Shown in pieces: positions 17,750 through 27,270 of a DNA stretch of 64,000 bases. A program made the position numbers and the translations under genes. The stretch lies in IMG/VR virus record IMGVR_UViG_3300025387_000009. One strand, given 5' to 3'. A model generated the notes under the pieces. It was given only the letters and a program-made list of their open reading frames with translations. It made no database searches and was not told the origin of the DNA. The DNA is from a virus (taxonomy: Duplodnaviria; Caudoviricetes). Every line of letters begins with the position of its first letter. Position 1 is the first letter of the stretch.

Positions 17750-19729
17750 ATGAAACTACTAGACACACCAAATCAAATCGAACAGATCGGAAACATCACG
17801 GGCACTTCGTCCTTCAAGATGAAGTCCTCTCGTAAAGCCTTCCAGATCCTCTCTGACCTTTACTCTGACAAGCCTCTTGCCATCGTCAGAGAGCTTGGTT
17901 GCAACGCCAATGATTCTATGGTTGCCTCTGGCAAGGTAGGTCAACCTTTCCACATTCACCTTCCCAACTCTCTTGAGCCTTGGATCACCATTCAGGATTT
18001 CGGAACAGGTATCTCGCACCAGAATATCTACGACATCTACTCCACTTACTTTGAAAGCACCAAGACCAATACCAATGAGCAGATCGGTTGCCTTGGTCTA
18101 GGTAGCAAGTCTCCCTTCTGTTATACGGACAACTTCTCTGTCACCTCCATCCATGATGGTGTCAAGAGAATCTACAATGCCTACTTCGCTCAAGATGGCA
18201 ACCCGACTATTGCCCTGATGAGTCAGGAGAACACCAAGGAAGAAAATGGTGTGGCAGTCCAGATCCCTGTCAAGGAGAAAGATTTCTGTGACTTCATCAA
18301 GGCAGTCCAGAAGGCATTTCGATTCTTCGATGTCAAGCCAACTACCTCTGGTGGGGTGTGCCATTGGTCAGAGGAGAAGCCTACCTTCTCTGGTGAGGAT
18401 TGGATGTTCATGGATTCCTCTAATCAATGGGAGGCATTTGCCATCATGGGAGGAGTCACCTATCCTATCGACCACTACAAGGTTGCCGACAAGTATAACA
18501 ACATCGTTCGCAAAGGTGTGGTTCTGAAGTTCGCTATGGGAGAACTCGACTTTGCTCCCTCTCGTGAACACCTGTCCTATGATGATGCCACTATCAAGGC
18601 AATCAATGACAAGCTGGAAAAAGTCTTGACAGAGATCAAGACCAAGGCAAAAGAGCAGATAGAAAATAAGGATAACATCCTTGACTCCATCCATGCTTTG
18701 CTCTCCTACACCGAGAGGTTCTCCTACTACGGGTCAAGCAATTTTGAACTCAAGAATGTCCAGTTCAAAGGTAAGGACATCACCGAGCCTTACAAGGTTG
18801 TCAAGGATATTCTCAAGACATCTGTGCAGTCCTTCACTCGCTACTCTTACAGGAAGCAGGTCAGCACCAGTTCATCCTTCTCCTTCGACAAGAAGTTCAC
18901 ATGGTATTACGATGATGGATGCAAGAATCCTATCGCTCGTGTCAAGACTCTTGTTCGTGAGACTAATGACACTTATGCCATCCTCTTCACTCAAGAGCAG
19001 AGGGATGACATGATGGATGCAGGATTCCCTGATAACTTCCTCCCTGCCTCCTCCCTGCCTTCCCCTACTGCCAAGAGGAAGCTCTCTGGTGGCACTATCG
19101 TAGTCAAGGCTAAAGAGGACATCACCTGCTATCAGATTGGTCACCCCTACAATGTCTCTTGGGAGTCAAGGACAATCGAACCGACTGAAACAAATCTTCC
19201 CAAGTATTATATCCTGAAGGGGAAGAATTGGGAGTTGAATGTCAAGCTCAATCATCTTCGCATCATCAGCGACAAGGATCGCCTTCGCTCCTATTGTCAA
19301 GCCTTTAATATCTCGCTCAATGATATTGTGCTTGCCAATGACAAGGAGGCAAAGAAGCTCAAGGCAAGGGGTGTCAAGGATTTTGTTGAGGAGTTCAACA
19401 AGAATCACGACCTATCTTGGGTTGACATGAGTGAAGTGGACATCCTCCAATCCTACTCGACTCACAGGTTGCATGACATCGTGAATCGTCAAGAGTTTTC
19501 TGATCTCGCCAACGACAATCCTATCAAGGAGATGCTTGTCAAGCTCCAAAGTTTCAAGCAGAAGTATAGCAAGATCACCGAAATCCTTGGCTACATGGAT
19601 AACAGGGACAGCAATAAAGTTTTCAAGATGGAAGATAAAGTTCTTGACTTCCTCCTCTCCTCTCTGCTAGGAGAGTGGGGTGAGGATCAGAAGATGTATC
19701 TGCTCCTTGCAAAGAAACTGGAAAAATAG
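17750..19729 (+). CDS. rIIA: RIIA protein (N-terminal GHKL/HATPase domain)
   Basis: LYSDKPLAIVRELGCNANDS, IQDFGTG, GCLGLGSKSPF; directly upstream of rIIB. Confidence 0.9.
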   Translation: MKLLDTPNQIEQIGNITGTSSFKMKSSRKAFQILSDLYSDKPLAIVRELGCNANDSMVASGKVGQPFHIHLPNSLEPWITIQDFGTGISHQNIYDIYSTYFESTKTNTNEQIGCLGLGSKSPFCYTDNFSVTSIHDGVKRIYNAYFAQDGNPTIALMSQENTKEENGVAVQIPVKEKDFCDFIKAVQKAFRFFDVKPTTSGGVCHWSEEKPTFSGEDWMFMDSSNQWEAFAIMGGVTYPIDHYKVADKYNNIVRKGVVLKFAMGELDFAPSREHLSYDDATIKAINDKLEKVLTEIKTKAKEQIENKDNILDSIHALLSYTERFSYYGSSNFELKNVQFKGKDITEPYKVVKDILKTSVQSFTRYSYRKQVSTSSSFSFDKKFTWYYDDGCKNPIARVKTLVRETNDTYAILFTQEQRDDMMDAGFPDNFLPASSLPSPTAKRKLSGGTIVVKAKEDITCYQIGHPYNVSWESRTIEPTETNLPKYYILKGKNWELNVKLNHLRIISDKDRLRSYCQAFNISLNDIVLANDKEAKKLKARGVKDFVEEFNKNHDLSWVDMSEVDILQSYSTHRLHDIVNRQEFSDLANDNPIKEMLVKLQSFKQKYSKITEILGYMDNRDSNKVFKMEDKVLDFLLSSLLGEWGEDQKMYLLLAKKLEK

Positions 19730-19767
19730 TATTGACAACACAACCCAAACAAAGTAGTATCGTAATC

Positions 19768-20862
19768 ATGAACAACACCAACAATGCAGTCACCATTACA
19801 GGACAGGGAAAGATCACTGCCTGTATCAACGGATCAATCTACACGATTGACAACACGCACCCCAACTACTTCAAGGCACTTGAGGCAGTCAAGGCACAGG
19901 ATTGGAACGCCTTCCTCGACCATGTAGACATTTCTCGTAAGGTCAAGGATTTTGTTCTCAACTCTGATGTCCAGATTGTAGATGGCATCATCGTCTACAA
20001 GGGTGAGCCTATCCACAATACTCTCACCAAGAGGGTGATTAGTTTCATGCAACAGGACTTGCCCTTCAAGCCTCTGCTGAACTTCCTCTATAACCTGATG
20101 GAGAATCCCTCCTATCGTGCAGTCAATGAACTCTACGATTTTCTGGATGTGGGTGAACTCCCAATCACAGAGGATGGTCACTTCCTCGCCTTCAAGAATG
20201 TTCGTGCAGACTATAAGGACATTCATAGTGGGACATTTGACAACTCCATTGGCAAGGTGTGTGAGATGCCTCGCTACAAGGTGGACGAGGACAAGGATCG
20301 CACTTGCTCAAGTGGATTGCACTTCTGCTCGATTAACTATCTGCCTCACTTTGCAGATCACAACGGAGGTCACACCATGATTGTCAAGATCAATCCCAAG
20401 GATGTGGTGTCAATCCCTGCTGACTACAACAACACCAAGGGTCGTTGCTGTAAGTATGAAGTGATCGGTGAATACACCGAGGATTGGAGGATCAAGCTCA
20501 ATCGTGGAGAGAATGGATTCGACAACGATCTCTACTCTTCTGATGGAGGAGATTACGAGGACGAGGATGAGAACGAGTATTGTGCCAACTGCCAAACCAT
20601 CCTTGATAATTGGGATGAGAACTCCGAGATGCTCTGTAACTCCTGCTACGATGACAAATACTCTGGATGCTACGGAGGAGGATGTGCTGGCAAGACTACA
20701 CTCACCAACGAGGATCAGGTAGGCAACGATGGCAACGATGGTTGCTGTGGTGGTCAATGCGGTTGTGAGAACAACAACCAGTATGGTGTCAAGCCTAATG
20801 GTCATCTCTTCCACAATGTCAGAGATGCCCTTGGTAAGTTTGTCAAGAAGAATGTAGGCTAG
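19768..20862 (+). CDS. rIIB: RIIB protein with Cys-rich acidic extension
   Basis: LPITEDGHFLAFKNVR...RTCSSGLH...VKINPKDVVSIPADY..KGRCCKYEV. Confidence 0.9.
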   Translation: MNNTNNAVTITGQGKITACINGSIYTIDNTHPNYFKALEAVKAQDWNAFLDHVDISRKVKDFVLNSDVQIVDGIIVYKGEPIHNTLTKRVISFMQQDLPFKPLLNFLYNLMENPSYRAVNELYDFLDVGELPITEDGHFLAFKNVRADYKDIHSGTFDNSIGKVCEMPRYKVDEDKDRTCSSGLHFCSINYLPHFADHNGGHTMIVKINPKDVVSIPADYNNTKGRCCKYEVIGEYTEDWRIKLNRGENGFDNDLYSSDGGDYEDEDENEYCANCQTILDNWDENSEMLCNSCYDDKYSGCYGGGCAGKTTLTNEDQVGNDGNDGCCGGQCGCENNNQYGVKPNGHLFHNVRDALGKFVKKNVG

Positions 20863-20870
20863 GACGAGGT

Positions 20871-20909
20871 GGGGAGGAGGGTGTGTTGCCTACTAGCACC
20901 CTCCTCCCC
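20871..20909 (+). terminator. 13-bp GC-rich hairpin after rIIB, no U tract
   Basis: GGGGAGGAGGGTG/CACCCTCCTCCCC. Confidence 0.5.
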
Positions 20910-20953
20910 AAATGGCAACCGAAAAAAGATTTCATTTTACCCAAACTAAAAAT

Positions 20954-21235
20954 ATGATTGACGAAGATGGCGAGATGCTAATGACAAAGGAAGATGCAAT
21001 CCTAGAGATGCTCGACCAAGCAGTAGAGGTTAAAGCATATAGAATTGATGACCTTGGAAACAAAGAGGGAGAGCTTGAGGTTCTTGAATGGGACAGCACA
21101 GCAACAAGTGAGCAGGGAATCCCAGATATCGTTATCGAAGGAAACTGCTTCACTATCTTCCACGATGAATTGCAAGATGCTAGCATCTCTGGTAATACCT
21201 TCACCATTGGTGACAAGCTTTTTGAGGTAATCTAA
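20954..21235 (+). CDS. Acidic hypothetical protein
   Basis: ORF track; start uncertain (20912 or 20954). Confidence 0.55.
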   Translation: MIDEDGEMLMTKEDAILEMLDQAVEVKAYRIDDLGNKEGELEVLEWDSTATSEQGIPDIVIEGNCFTIFHDELQDASISGNTFTIGDKLFEVI

Positions 21236-21426
21236 TGGACTACTACAATCTACATCTTCCCAAGGGTAATCACTGGAACGACGAGTATGATACTTGGATT
21301 GAATCTTCTTATAACAAGGGTCATGCCATTGACAAGTTCCATGACGATGACAGGTATGGCATCACTGCCAATAACCTTGATGACATTCCTATCGTAATCG
21401 GAGGGGAGGATATTTATATAGATTAA
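21235..21426 (+). CDS. Hypothetical protein
   Basis: TAATG overlap. Confidence 0.55.
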   Translation: MDYYNLHLPKGNHWNDEYDTWIESSYNKGHAIDKFHDDDRYGITANNLDDIPIVIGGEDIYID

Positions 21427-21438
21427 GATTTTAAATAA

Positions 21439-21513
21439 GGACTCGAAGCTCAATGGTCGAGCGGCATGCTCATAACGTGAAGGAAGTAGGTTCGATCCCT
21501 ACCGGGTCCACCA
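21439..21513 (+). tRNA. tRNA-CAU (elongator Met or Ile2)
   Basis: Cloverleaf, loop CTCATAA, G1-C72, A73, CCA. Confidence 0.85.
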
Positions 21514-21522
21514 AATATCTAC

Positions 21523-21597
21523 GCATCGTTCATTCAACGGATAGGATCGGGAACTTCTAATTCCTCAATGCAGGTTCGATTCCTGCACGATGCACCA
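21523..21597 (+). tRNA. trnR: tRNA-Arg(UCU)
   Basis: GGGAA-CTTCTAA-TTCCT arm, GTTCGATT, CCA. Confidence 0.92.
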
Positions 21598-21602
21598 ATT
21601 TT

Positions 21603-21676
21603 GGGAGTGAAGCATTAAAGTGATGCAATAAACTTTTAATTTATTGAAGAGGGAGCGTTACCCTCCACTCCTACCA
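21603..21676 (+). tRNA. trnK: tRNA-Lys(UUU), non-canonical T-loop AGCGTTA
   Basis: GGGAGTG/CACTCCT acceptor, ATAAA-CTTTTAA-TTTAT arm, CCA. Confidence 0.8.
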
Positions 21677-21911
21677 GTTTCAAATTACCATGATCGAACT
21701 CCCAATGATGATTAGGACAAAGCAAAACAAGATTATCAATATGATTGATTGTATTAAGTCTTACATTATCTTCAAAATCAGCAATCGGGATTTTATGAGC
21801 AACTTCTACATGAGCATCATAACCACAAACTGCACAGACTTTAGGAGCATCTTTCATAACCACACAACGAGAGTGCCATCTTATGTAAGCGTATGCTGTT
21901 TCACTTTTCAA
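21636..21911 (-). CDS. HNH endonuclease, possibly N-terminally truncated
   Basis: CAVCG..EVAHKIP..NLVLLCPNHHWEFD. Confidence 0.75.
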   Translation of the reverse strand: MKSETAYAYIRWHSRCVVMKDAPKVCAVCGYDAHVEVAHKIPIADFEDNVRLNTINHIDNLVLLCPNHHWEFDHGNLKLVGVEGNAPSSIN

Positions 21912-22015
21912 AAACTTCGCCTTGGGCGAAATCCTTTAAAAGATATTCTTTTACCCAAATAAAAAAAGTTGAAAATAGTTCTTGCATCTTTCTGGGGATA
22001 GTGTATAGTCATTCC

Positions 22016-22245
22016 ATAGTTGAAATGCTACTGGTGAACGGACTAGCTATCCGTAGTCGCCACAGGTCTCAAGTCCTGATCGTGTTGGTAACCCCAGCAC
22101 AAATGCAGAGAGCAACTACAGAAAAACAAGCAGTGCTGTGCAGACTTATGGGGGCGGTTGCAACCCACGCCATAAGATGCCGAGTCGGAGGTATTGAAAA
22201 ATATCACGGCGAAGTCCTTGACGAAGGATCAGCACCTAGTTTTTA
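22016..22245 (+). ncRNA. Candidate structured ncRNA
   Basis: Own promoter TTGCAT-16-TATAGT; several hairpins by eye; no credible ORF. Confidence 0.45.
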
Positions 22246-22262
22246 ATACCAACCACACCACC

Positions 22263-22676
22263 ATGAACCACCAGAAAGTCACACCAGCAGAGAACATCGG
22301 CTTCAAAGACAACAACAACTGCACCATTGTTGCCCTTTCAACTGCGGCGGGTATTCCTTATACCGAAGCATACAAGATCGGAGAGCAGTCTGGACGCAAG
22401 CATGGCAAGGGATTCTATACTGCCAAGTTGATGGAGACTGCTAGGAAAAACGGGATAGAGTATCGCAAGATCAAGACAGGCGGAATTACTGTACAGAAAT
22501 TCTTGCAGAAGTATCCTACTGGTCGTTATGTTGTCAATCGTAGAGATCATGCCTTCGCCATCATTGATGGTACAATCTACGATCACCTTCAAAACAAACC
22601 CATGCAGAGGATCATCGGAATCTGGAATGTTCAATCAAAAAGACTTGACACAATCAAATCCCTCTGCAACTCTTAA
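22263..22676 (+). CDS. Conserved phage protein, possible Cys-His-Asp peptidase fold
   Basis: NNCTIVALSTAAGIPY...HAFAIIDGTIYD. Confidence 0.6.
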   Translation: MNHQKVTPAENIGFKDNNNCTIVALSTAAGIPYTEAYKIGEQSGRKHGKGFYTAKLMETARKNGIEYRKIKTGGITVQKFLQKYPTGRYVVNRRDHAFAIIDGTIYDHLQNKPMQRIIGIWNVQSKRLDTIKSLCNS

Positions 22677-22681
22677 TCCCT

Positions 22682-23254
22682 ATGATCACACCTACCACCA
22701 TCACCAATTACAATCGCACCGAAGAAGAACTGGAAGAGTTCTTGATGTTCGCAATCCTTGTCGCAGGAAAGGGAGCAGAGCAACAGGCAAAGAAACTGGA
22801 TGCTTTTCTCACTCTTTGCTTGCACAAGCATCGCAACAAACCATTTGCCCACATCAAGCATCTTGCGAGTATGGGTTGGCTTGAGATTCACATGAAGCAG
22901 TTCAAGCTAGGTCAATACAATCGTGTTGGCAATGCCTTCAAGGAGATCCTCAAGTTCAAGGGTAAACTCAAGAAGGTGACTATCGAAGAACTGGAGAGTG
23001 TCAAGGGAATTGGTAGCAAGACTGCTAGGTTCTTTGTCCTGCACTCTCGACCAGATGCCAAGGTTGCAGTCCTTGACACTCATATCTTAAAGTGGATGAG
23101 TGAGAAGGGATACAAGGTTCCCAAGGCAACTCCCCCCAAAAAGAAATATGCAGATATTGAGAAATTGTTCTTGACAGAGGCAATCAATCATCAGATGACC
23201 CCAGCAGATTTGGACTTGACTATCTGGAAGTCCTATGCTACAAAGGCAAAATGA
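22682..23254 (+). CDS. HhH-GPD DNA glycosylase/lyase (Ogg-like)
   Basis: LESVKGIGSKTA helix-hairpin-helix with Lys; VAVLDTHILKW with catalytic Asp. Confidence 0.8.
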   Translation: MITPTTITNYNRTEEELEEFLMFAILVAGKGAEQQAKKLDAFLTLCLHKHRNKPFAHIKHLASMGWLEIHMKQFKLGQYNRVGNAFKEILKFKGKLKKVTIEELESVKGIGSKTARFFVLHSRPDAKVAVLDTHILKWMSEKGYKVPKATPPKKKYADIEKLFLTEAINHQMTPADLDLTIWKSYATKAK

Positions 23255-23379
23255 AAACCACATCATTCTCAATCGTCATCAAAGACATCAAGATTCGCAA
23301 GCACTTCGCACCTGCTACCAAGAAGATCAATTCAAAAAAGATCTACAAGAGAAACAAAGTTGTTGACACCAGAGACTAG
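23251..23379 (+). CDS. Small basic protein (42 aa)
   Basis: ATGA overlap; hand-translated. Confidence 0.45.
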   Translation: MKTTSFSIVIKDIKIRKHFAPATKKINSKKIYKRNKVVDTRD

Positions 23380-23564
23380 TTCTGCCATACTTCTAATCCT
23401 ATGAAAGACCCAATTACCCTTTTGCTTCGTTTCTTTGGAAAGGAAGTAAATCCCAAAACCTCCCTGTTGTATAAACACATCATGGAGACAACACACAGCA
23501 ATTGGCACACACGCCTATTCAACAACAACCAAATCGGAAAATACGAATACAACCTGTACAACAA

Positions 23565-24155
23565 ATGAAATCAGTTCTACCAATTCAAATCGAAACACCA
23601 ACTCTCAACGAGAGAACGTTCCATATTGGAGGGTGTGTCCAAGGAGCAAAACCAGTGGCAGGAATCTTCTGCTACAGTTTTGAGCATTGGGATTTTGCAA
23701 GATCTTTAAACAAGAAAGCACTTGAAACTTTCAAGAGTCTTGTCAATGAGATTCTTGAGATTAAACTGGATCAACTTATGGATGATTCGGAGATCTGGCA
23801 GATTGAAGGAAATTGGATGGGAATGCTTCATGACTCATACCACATTCTGGTTGTCAAGAATCTTCAGAAGGCAATCAATACCGACAAGTGGCATATGGAA
23901 AGTGATATGTTCATGGAGGATGCACTCTACCAGATGCTTGAAGAATCCTTTGCTCTTGCTGGTGACAATGAAGGATATGGTGACCATCGTAAGAAGTGGG
24001 CATCGGTTTTCAAGTCCCTTGGTTGGAAAGATGAGAACGAACTCTTCGCAAACGGAACCCCAGAAGATCTTTATTGGGATCTTGACTTTGAGATGCTCAA
24101 GCCAAGCAAGAAGGCAATAAAGGATTACTGTGACTTTCTTCGCAAAGCATATTAA
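23565..24155 (+). CDS. Hypothetical protein
   Basis: ORF track, ATG 23565. Confidence 0.65.
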   Translation: MKSVLPIQIETPTLNERTFHIGGCVQGAKPVAGIFCYSFEHWDFARSLNKKALETFKSLVNEILEIKLDQLMDDSEIWQIEGNWMGMLHDSYHILVVKNLQKAINTDKWHMESDMFMEDALYQMLEESFALAGDNEGYGDHRKKWASVFKSLGWKDENELFANGTPEDLYWDLDFEMLKPSKKAIKDYCDFLRKAY

Positions 24156-24193
24156 TACTTGACAAAAAGTTAAAACCTGTTAAGATATAAAGA

Positions 24194-24290
24194 TTGGTGG
24201 TATCTATTGAGAGTAGTGGCTCAATAGAGTTCATAGGGAAGCCCTTCCTCCTCCTAGTGGTTTGGGGGGAGGAAGGCAACCCGACACCAG
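24194..24290 (+). ncRNA. Candidate structured 5' leader or small RNA
   Basis: After TTGACA/TAAGAT promoter; closing stem TGGTG/CACCA, CTATTGAG/CTCAATAG, long purine/pyrimidine stem. Confidence 0.45.
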
Positions 24291-24306
24291 ACAAAAACAA
24301 AACTAT

Positions 24307-24492
24307 ATGAAGCACATCCCAACCCTCCAAGTCCTCTTCTTCCAAGAACATAATCTGTATGGTTATGAATATGATGACGAAACAGGCTTGACACAGACTG
24401 AATACGGACATCTCACCCTTGATGCCTGTCTTGGTTCTGCCTTCAAACATCTCAAGACTTTCCTTGTCTTGCCAGATGTTGAAACTCGTTAA
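24307..24492 (+). CDS. Hypothetical protein
   Basis: ATG 24307. Confidence 0.55.
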   Translation: MKHIPTLQVLFFQEHNLYGYEYDDETGLTQTEYGHLTLDACLGSAFKHLKTFLVLPDVETR

Positions 24493-24538
24493 AAATAATC
24501 ATTGACATTCTAAATCCTTTCTGCAAGGATCGCACCCT

Positions 24539-24751
24539 ATGACAACCACAAGACCCACCATCCAAATCTCCACGACTATGTTCTGGAGTGTCTACAACAC
24601 CCTTCTCAATACCGAGAGGGCATTAGCCGAACTAGAGGACGAGAACCTCTATCCCAACCAGATCGAAGCACACAAAGATGTTTGCACTGCTCTGGGTCGT
24701 TTGGAAACAATCGTGTCAACTCTAAAGGACATTGATTATAATGCAAACTGA
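24539..24751 (+). CDS. Hypothetical protein
   Basis: ORF track, TTGACA upstream. Confidence 0.6.
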   Translation: MTTTRPTIQISTTMFWSVYNTLLNTERALAELEDENLYPNQIEAHKDVCTALGRLETIVSTLKDIDYNAN

Positions 24752-25004
24752 AACCATACAGAAGAAACCCAGAAAGCCCAAGAAGGTTTCCAGAGACTCG
24801 ACGCACTTCCTGATTCATGTATATGGTGACAAGGAAATGCTTCAGCATCTTTATTCCGTAGGGGATGTTCCCAAGGATAAGAAGAAAGCACTTGACTTGA
24901 TGAAGGATCTCTATACAACGGATCTGATGCACAGCAAGTATTATTTCTATGAACTGGTGGAGCAATCCTTCAAGACAATCGACACCTTGCCCAACAACAA
25001 ATGA
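24741..25004 (+). CDS. Hypothetical protein
   Basis: ORF track. Confidence 0.55.
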   Translation: MQTETIQKKPRKPKKVSRDSTHFLIHVYGDKEMLQHLYSVGDVPKDKKKALDLMKDLYTTDLMHSKYYFYELVEQSFKTIDTLPNNK

Positions 25005-25276
25005 CAACATTCACAGGCGAACAGAGAAGCGAAGGATACGAAAATACCAAATGGCAGAATATCTATATCTCGCCTTCAGTAAATCCATCCAAGAAAGAAG
25101 ATTGGTATCAGGTAATTGATACCAGAAAGAGTTGGAGAAACAATGACCAGTGGACTCGCATCATTAAGAGAGAAGGAGTTAGAATTAGCTTCGCAAAGAA
25201 AAGCCAGATGAGTTCATTTGATCGTGAAGTGGAAATCTATATCAATCATCATTATCCCCTGCCACAAAATGATTAA
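25001..25276 (+). CDS. Hypothetical protein
   Basis: ATGA overlap. Confidence 0.6.
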   Translation: MTTFTGEQRSEGYENTKWQNIYISPSVNPSKKEDWYQVIDTRKSWRNNDQWTRIIKREGVRISFAKKSQMSSFDREVEIYINHHYPLPQND

Positions 25277-25403
25277 CACGATTCTTACGATTCTGCTTGC
25301 AATCGTGCTAGCATATCTGTTACCTTTCAACATCATCCTTGCCCTTTTGCTTGTGGTGATCATCATTCAGTTAAACAAATAAACAACCAACCAAACCAAA
25401 CAC

Positions 25404-26039
25404 ATGCCCAACCATTGCACCAACCTACTGATCTGCACTAGCGGAAAGACCATCGGAGAACTTGTCAAGCCCTATATCTCCGAGAGAACCGATAGACAAG
25501 GAGTGGAGAGATTCCTTGACTTCAATAAGATTGTCCCAATGCCTCCCTGCATTGAAGAGTCTTCTAAGTTTGGAGACATCGACTACATTACCTCAAAGAG
25601 GACTCCAGAAGAGGAAGCCATTGAGAAACAAAAACAGGATGAAAATAAACAAACCTGTGTAGACGAGACAGGTTTTAGCGGATGGTATGAGTGGTGTAAA
25701 GCCAAGTGGGATACCAAGTGGAATTCCTACAGCAACCTTACTCTGGAGGATTCTTCCAATGAGATTGAGGATCTGAGCAGCTACTGCTTCCAGACTGCAT
25801 GGTGTCCCCCAACCAATGTCATTCGTGAACTCGCTAAGATTACCGGAGAGACCATTGAGATGTATTACTACGACGAAGGACACATGTTCTTTGGATGCAC
25901 CACGTTCTCTAAGGATAGTGAGAACGACGAATGCTACGAAGCAGAAGAAGCGGCGGACATCGACCCAGAAAGTGATATCTACAAGTATTGCGATCTTGAC
26001 TATTACTTTGAGATGCATGAAGATGATGATGAAGAGTAA
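25404..26039 (+). CDS. DUF1281/YubB ferredoxin-like domain protein
   Basis: MPNHCTN..DFNKIVPMP..WYEWCKAKWDTKWN..FQTAWCPP. Confidence 0.8.
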   Translation: MPNHCTNLLICTSGKTIGELVKPYISERTDRQGVERFLDFNKIVPMPPCIEESSKFGDIDYITSKRTPEEEAIEKQKQDENKQTCVDETGFSGWYEWCKAKWDTKWNSYSNLTLEDSSNEIEDLSSYCFQTAWCPPTNVIRELAKITGETIEMYYYDEGHMFFGCTTFSKDSENDECYEAEEAADIDPESDIYKYCDLDYYFEMHEDDDEE

Positions 26040-26044
26040 TCATC

Positions 26045-26242
26045 ATGACAGAGAATCAGTACAAAGATCTCACTAGGAAGGCAATGATAAGGGAGTATCT
26101 ACTCTTAAGACAGAATACGATCTCCCTTATCGATGCCACCAATGAACTCTACGGCTTTATAGAAGAGAACTTCCAAGAAGACGATGAGTTTAAAGAAAAA
26201 CTTGACAACTACGATCAACTAGTAGAGAGTATAAATCTGTAA
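26045..26242 (+). CDS. Hypothetical protein
   Basis: ORF track. Confidence 0.6.
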   Translation: MTENQYKDLTRKAMIREYLLLRQNTISLIDATNELYGFIEENFQEDDEFKEKLDNYDQLVESINL

Positions 26243-26300
26243 CCGTGTTTTTATACAACACCGTGTTAAAATACAACACCGTGTTTTATTACCACGCAAG
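26242..26300. repeat. 18-bp-period tandem repeat ATACAACACCGTGT
   Basis: Units at 26253 and 26271 plus a partial unit, then TATTACCACGCAAG. Confidence 0.75.
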
Positions 26301-26345
26301 TACGCACACAACACCCGTAACCCACACACGCTCGTATACCCGCAT

Positions 26346-26546
26346 ATGAAGATTAAAACCAGTATAGTAATTAACTCAGAAGATGCTGACTACATCATCG
26401 AAGTCTCAGAGGATTGTTCAGACTACACGACAATCAAGGAAAGACTTGATGATGAGACAGAGAAGATCGTTCTGACTATCCCAAATAAGCAGATAGAAGA
26501 ATTCTCTCAGGCAATCCAAGAACACATCAGAATCCACGGACTATGA
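26346..26546 (+). CDS. Hypothetical protein
   Basis: ORF track. Confidence 0.55.
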   Translation: MKIKTSIVINSEDADYIIEVSEDCSDYTTIKERLDDETEKIVLTIPNKQIEEFSQAIQEHIRIHGL

Positions 26547-26758
26547 AAATAGCACACGACCCAGATCCCAGAAACATAGGTTACTGTAAGGGGGGTTTAT
26601 CCACGGATATGATGAAGGAGTTTCAAACAACCCCTACGACGGAGGAAGCTTTAATTACGACGAACTCTATAGACACCTTCAATACAAGATTGGATATGAT
26701 GCAGGAGTCGCTGAATACTGTACAGATTTCCATCCAGAAGAACAGTCTTCGTAAGTAA
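26543..26758 (+). CDS. Hypothetical protein
   Basis: ORF track. Confidence 0.5.
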   Translation: MKIAHDPDPRNIGYCKGGLSTDMMKEFQTTPTTEEALITTNSIDTFNTRLDMMQESLNTVQISIQKNSLRK

Positions 26759-26968
26759 TTGTAAGATAATAACTTGTAGGATAAATGAATATAATGTGTT
26801 CATTTATCTTACAACGCAGTCTTGGGTGGATATAGAAGAAACATTTTATTTTACCCAAACTAATATATGGATGTTATATTAGTTAAAAAACATATACGAA
26901 AAAAAATTAATATAACTTAATTCTTTTTTCTTGATTAGTTGCTAGGGATTTGATCTACTGGTTGTCCT

Positions 26969-27223
26969 ATGAGCAAAGTACCACACAACACCGACGAGGG
27001 TTTCGCCCTCACCACCCCAGCCCAGATCGACACCTTCCGTCTGGCTACCATCAAGATGGGATTGAAGGCACTCCAACACGGCATGGTCATCACCAGAGGA
27101 GCCAATGCCAAGTACCTCCTCTCCTGCCTCTCCCAGTATACTGGCAAGAAGTATTCCCCTCGCAAAGATGTCCAGCAGGGAATCGCTGACATCGAAGAGA
27201 TCATGAGGAAGGTCACCTCCTAA
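26969..27223 (+). CDS. Hypothetical protein
   Basis: ORF track, terminator follows. Confidence 0.65.
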   Translation: MSKVPHNTDEGFALTTPAQIDTFRLATIKMGLKALQHGMVITRGANAKYLLSCLSQYTGKKYSPRKDVQQGIADIEEIMRKVTS

Positions 27224-27240
27224 AAATCCCCCAATCAAAA

Positions 27241-27270
27241 ATCCCCTTGCAAGTCAAGGGGATTTTTTTT
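27241..27270 (+). terminator. Rho-independent terminator
   Basis: ATCCCCTTG/CAAGGGGAT plus T8. Confidence 0.85.
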
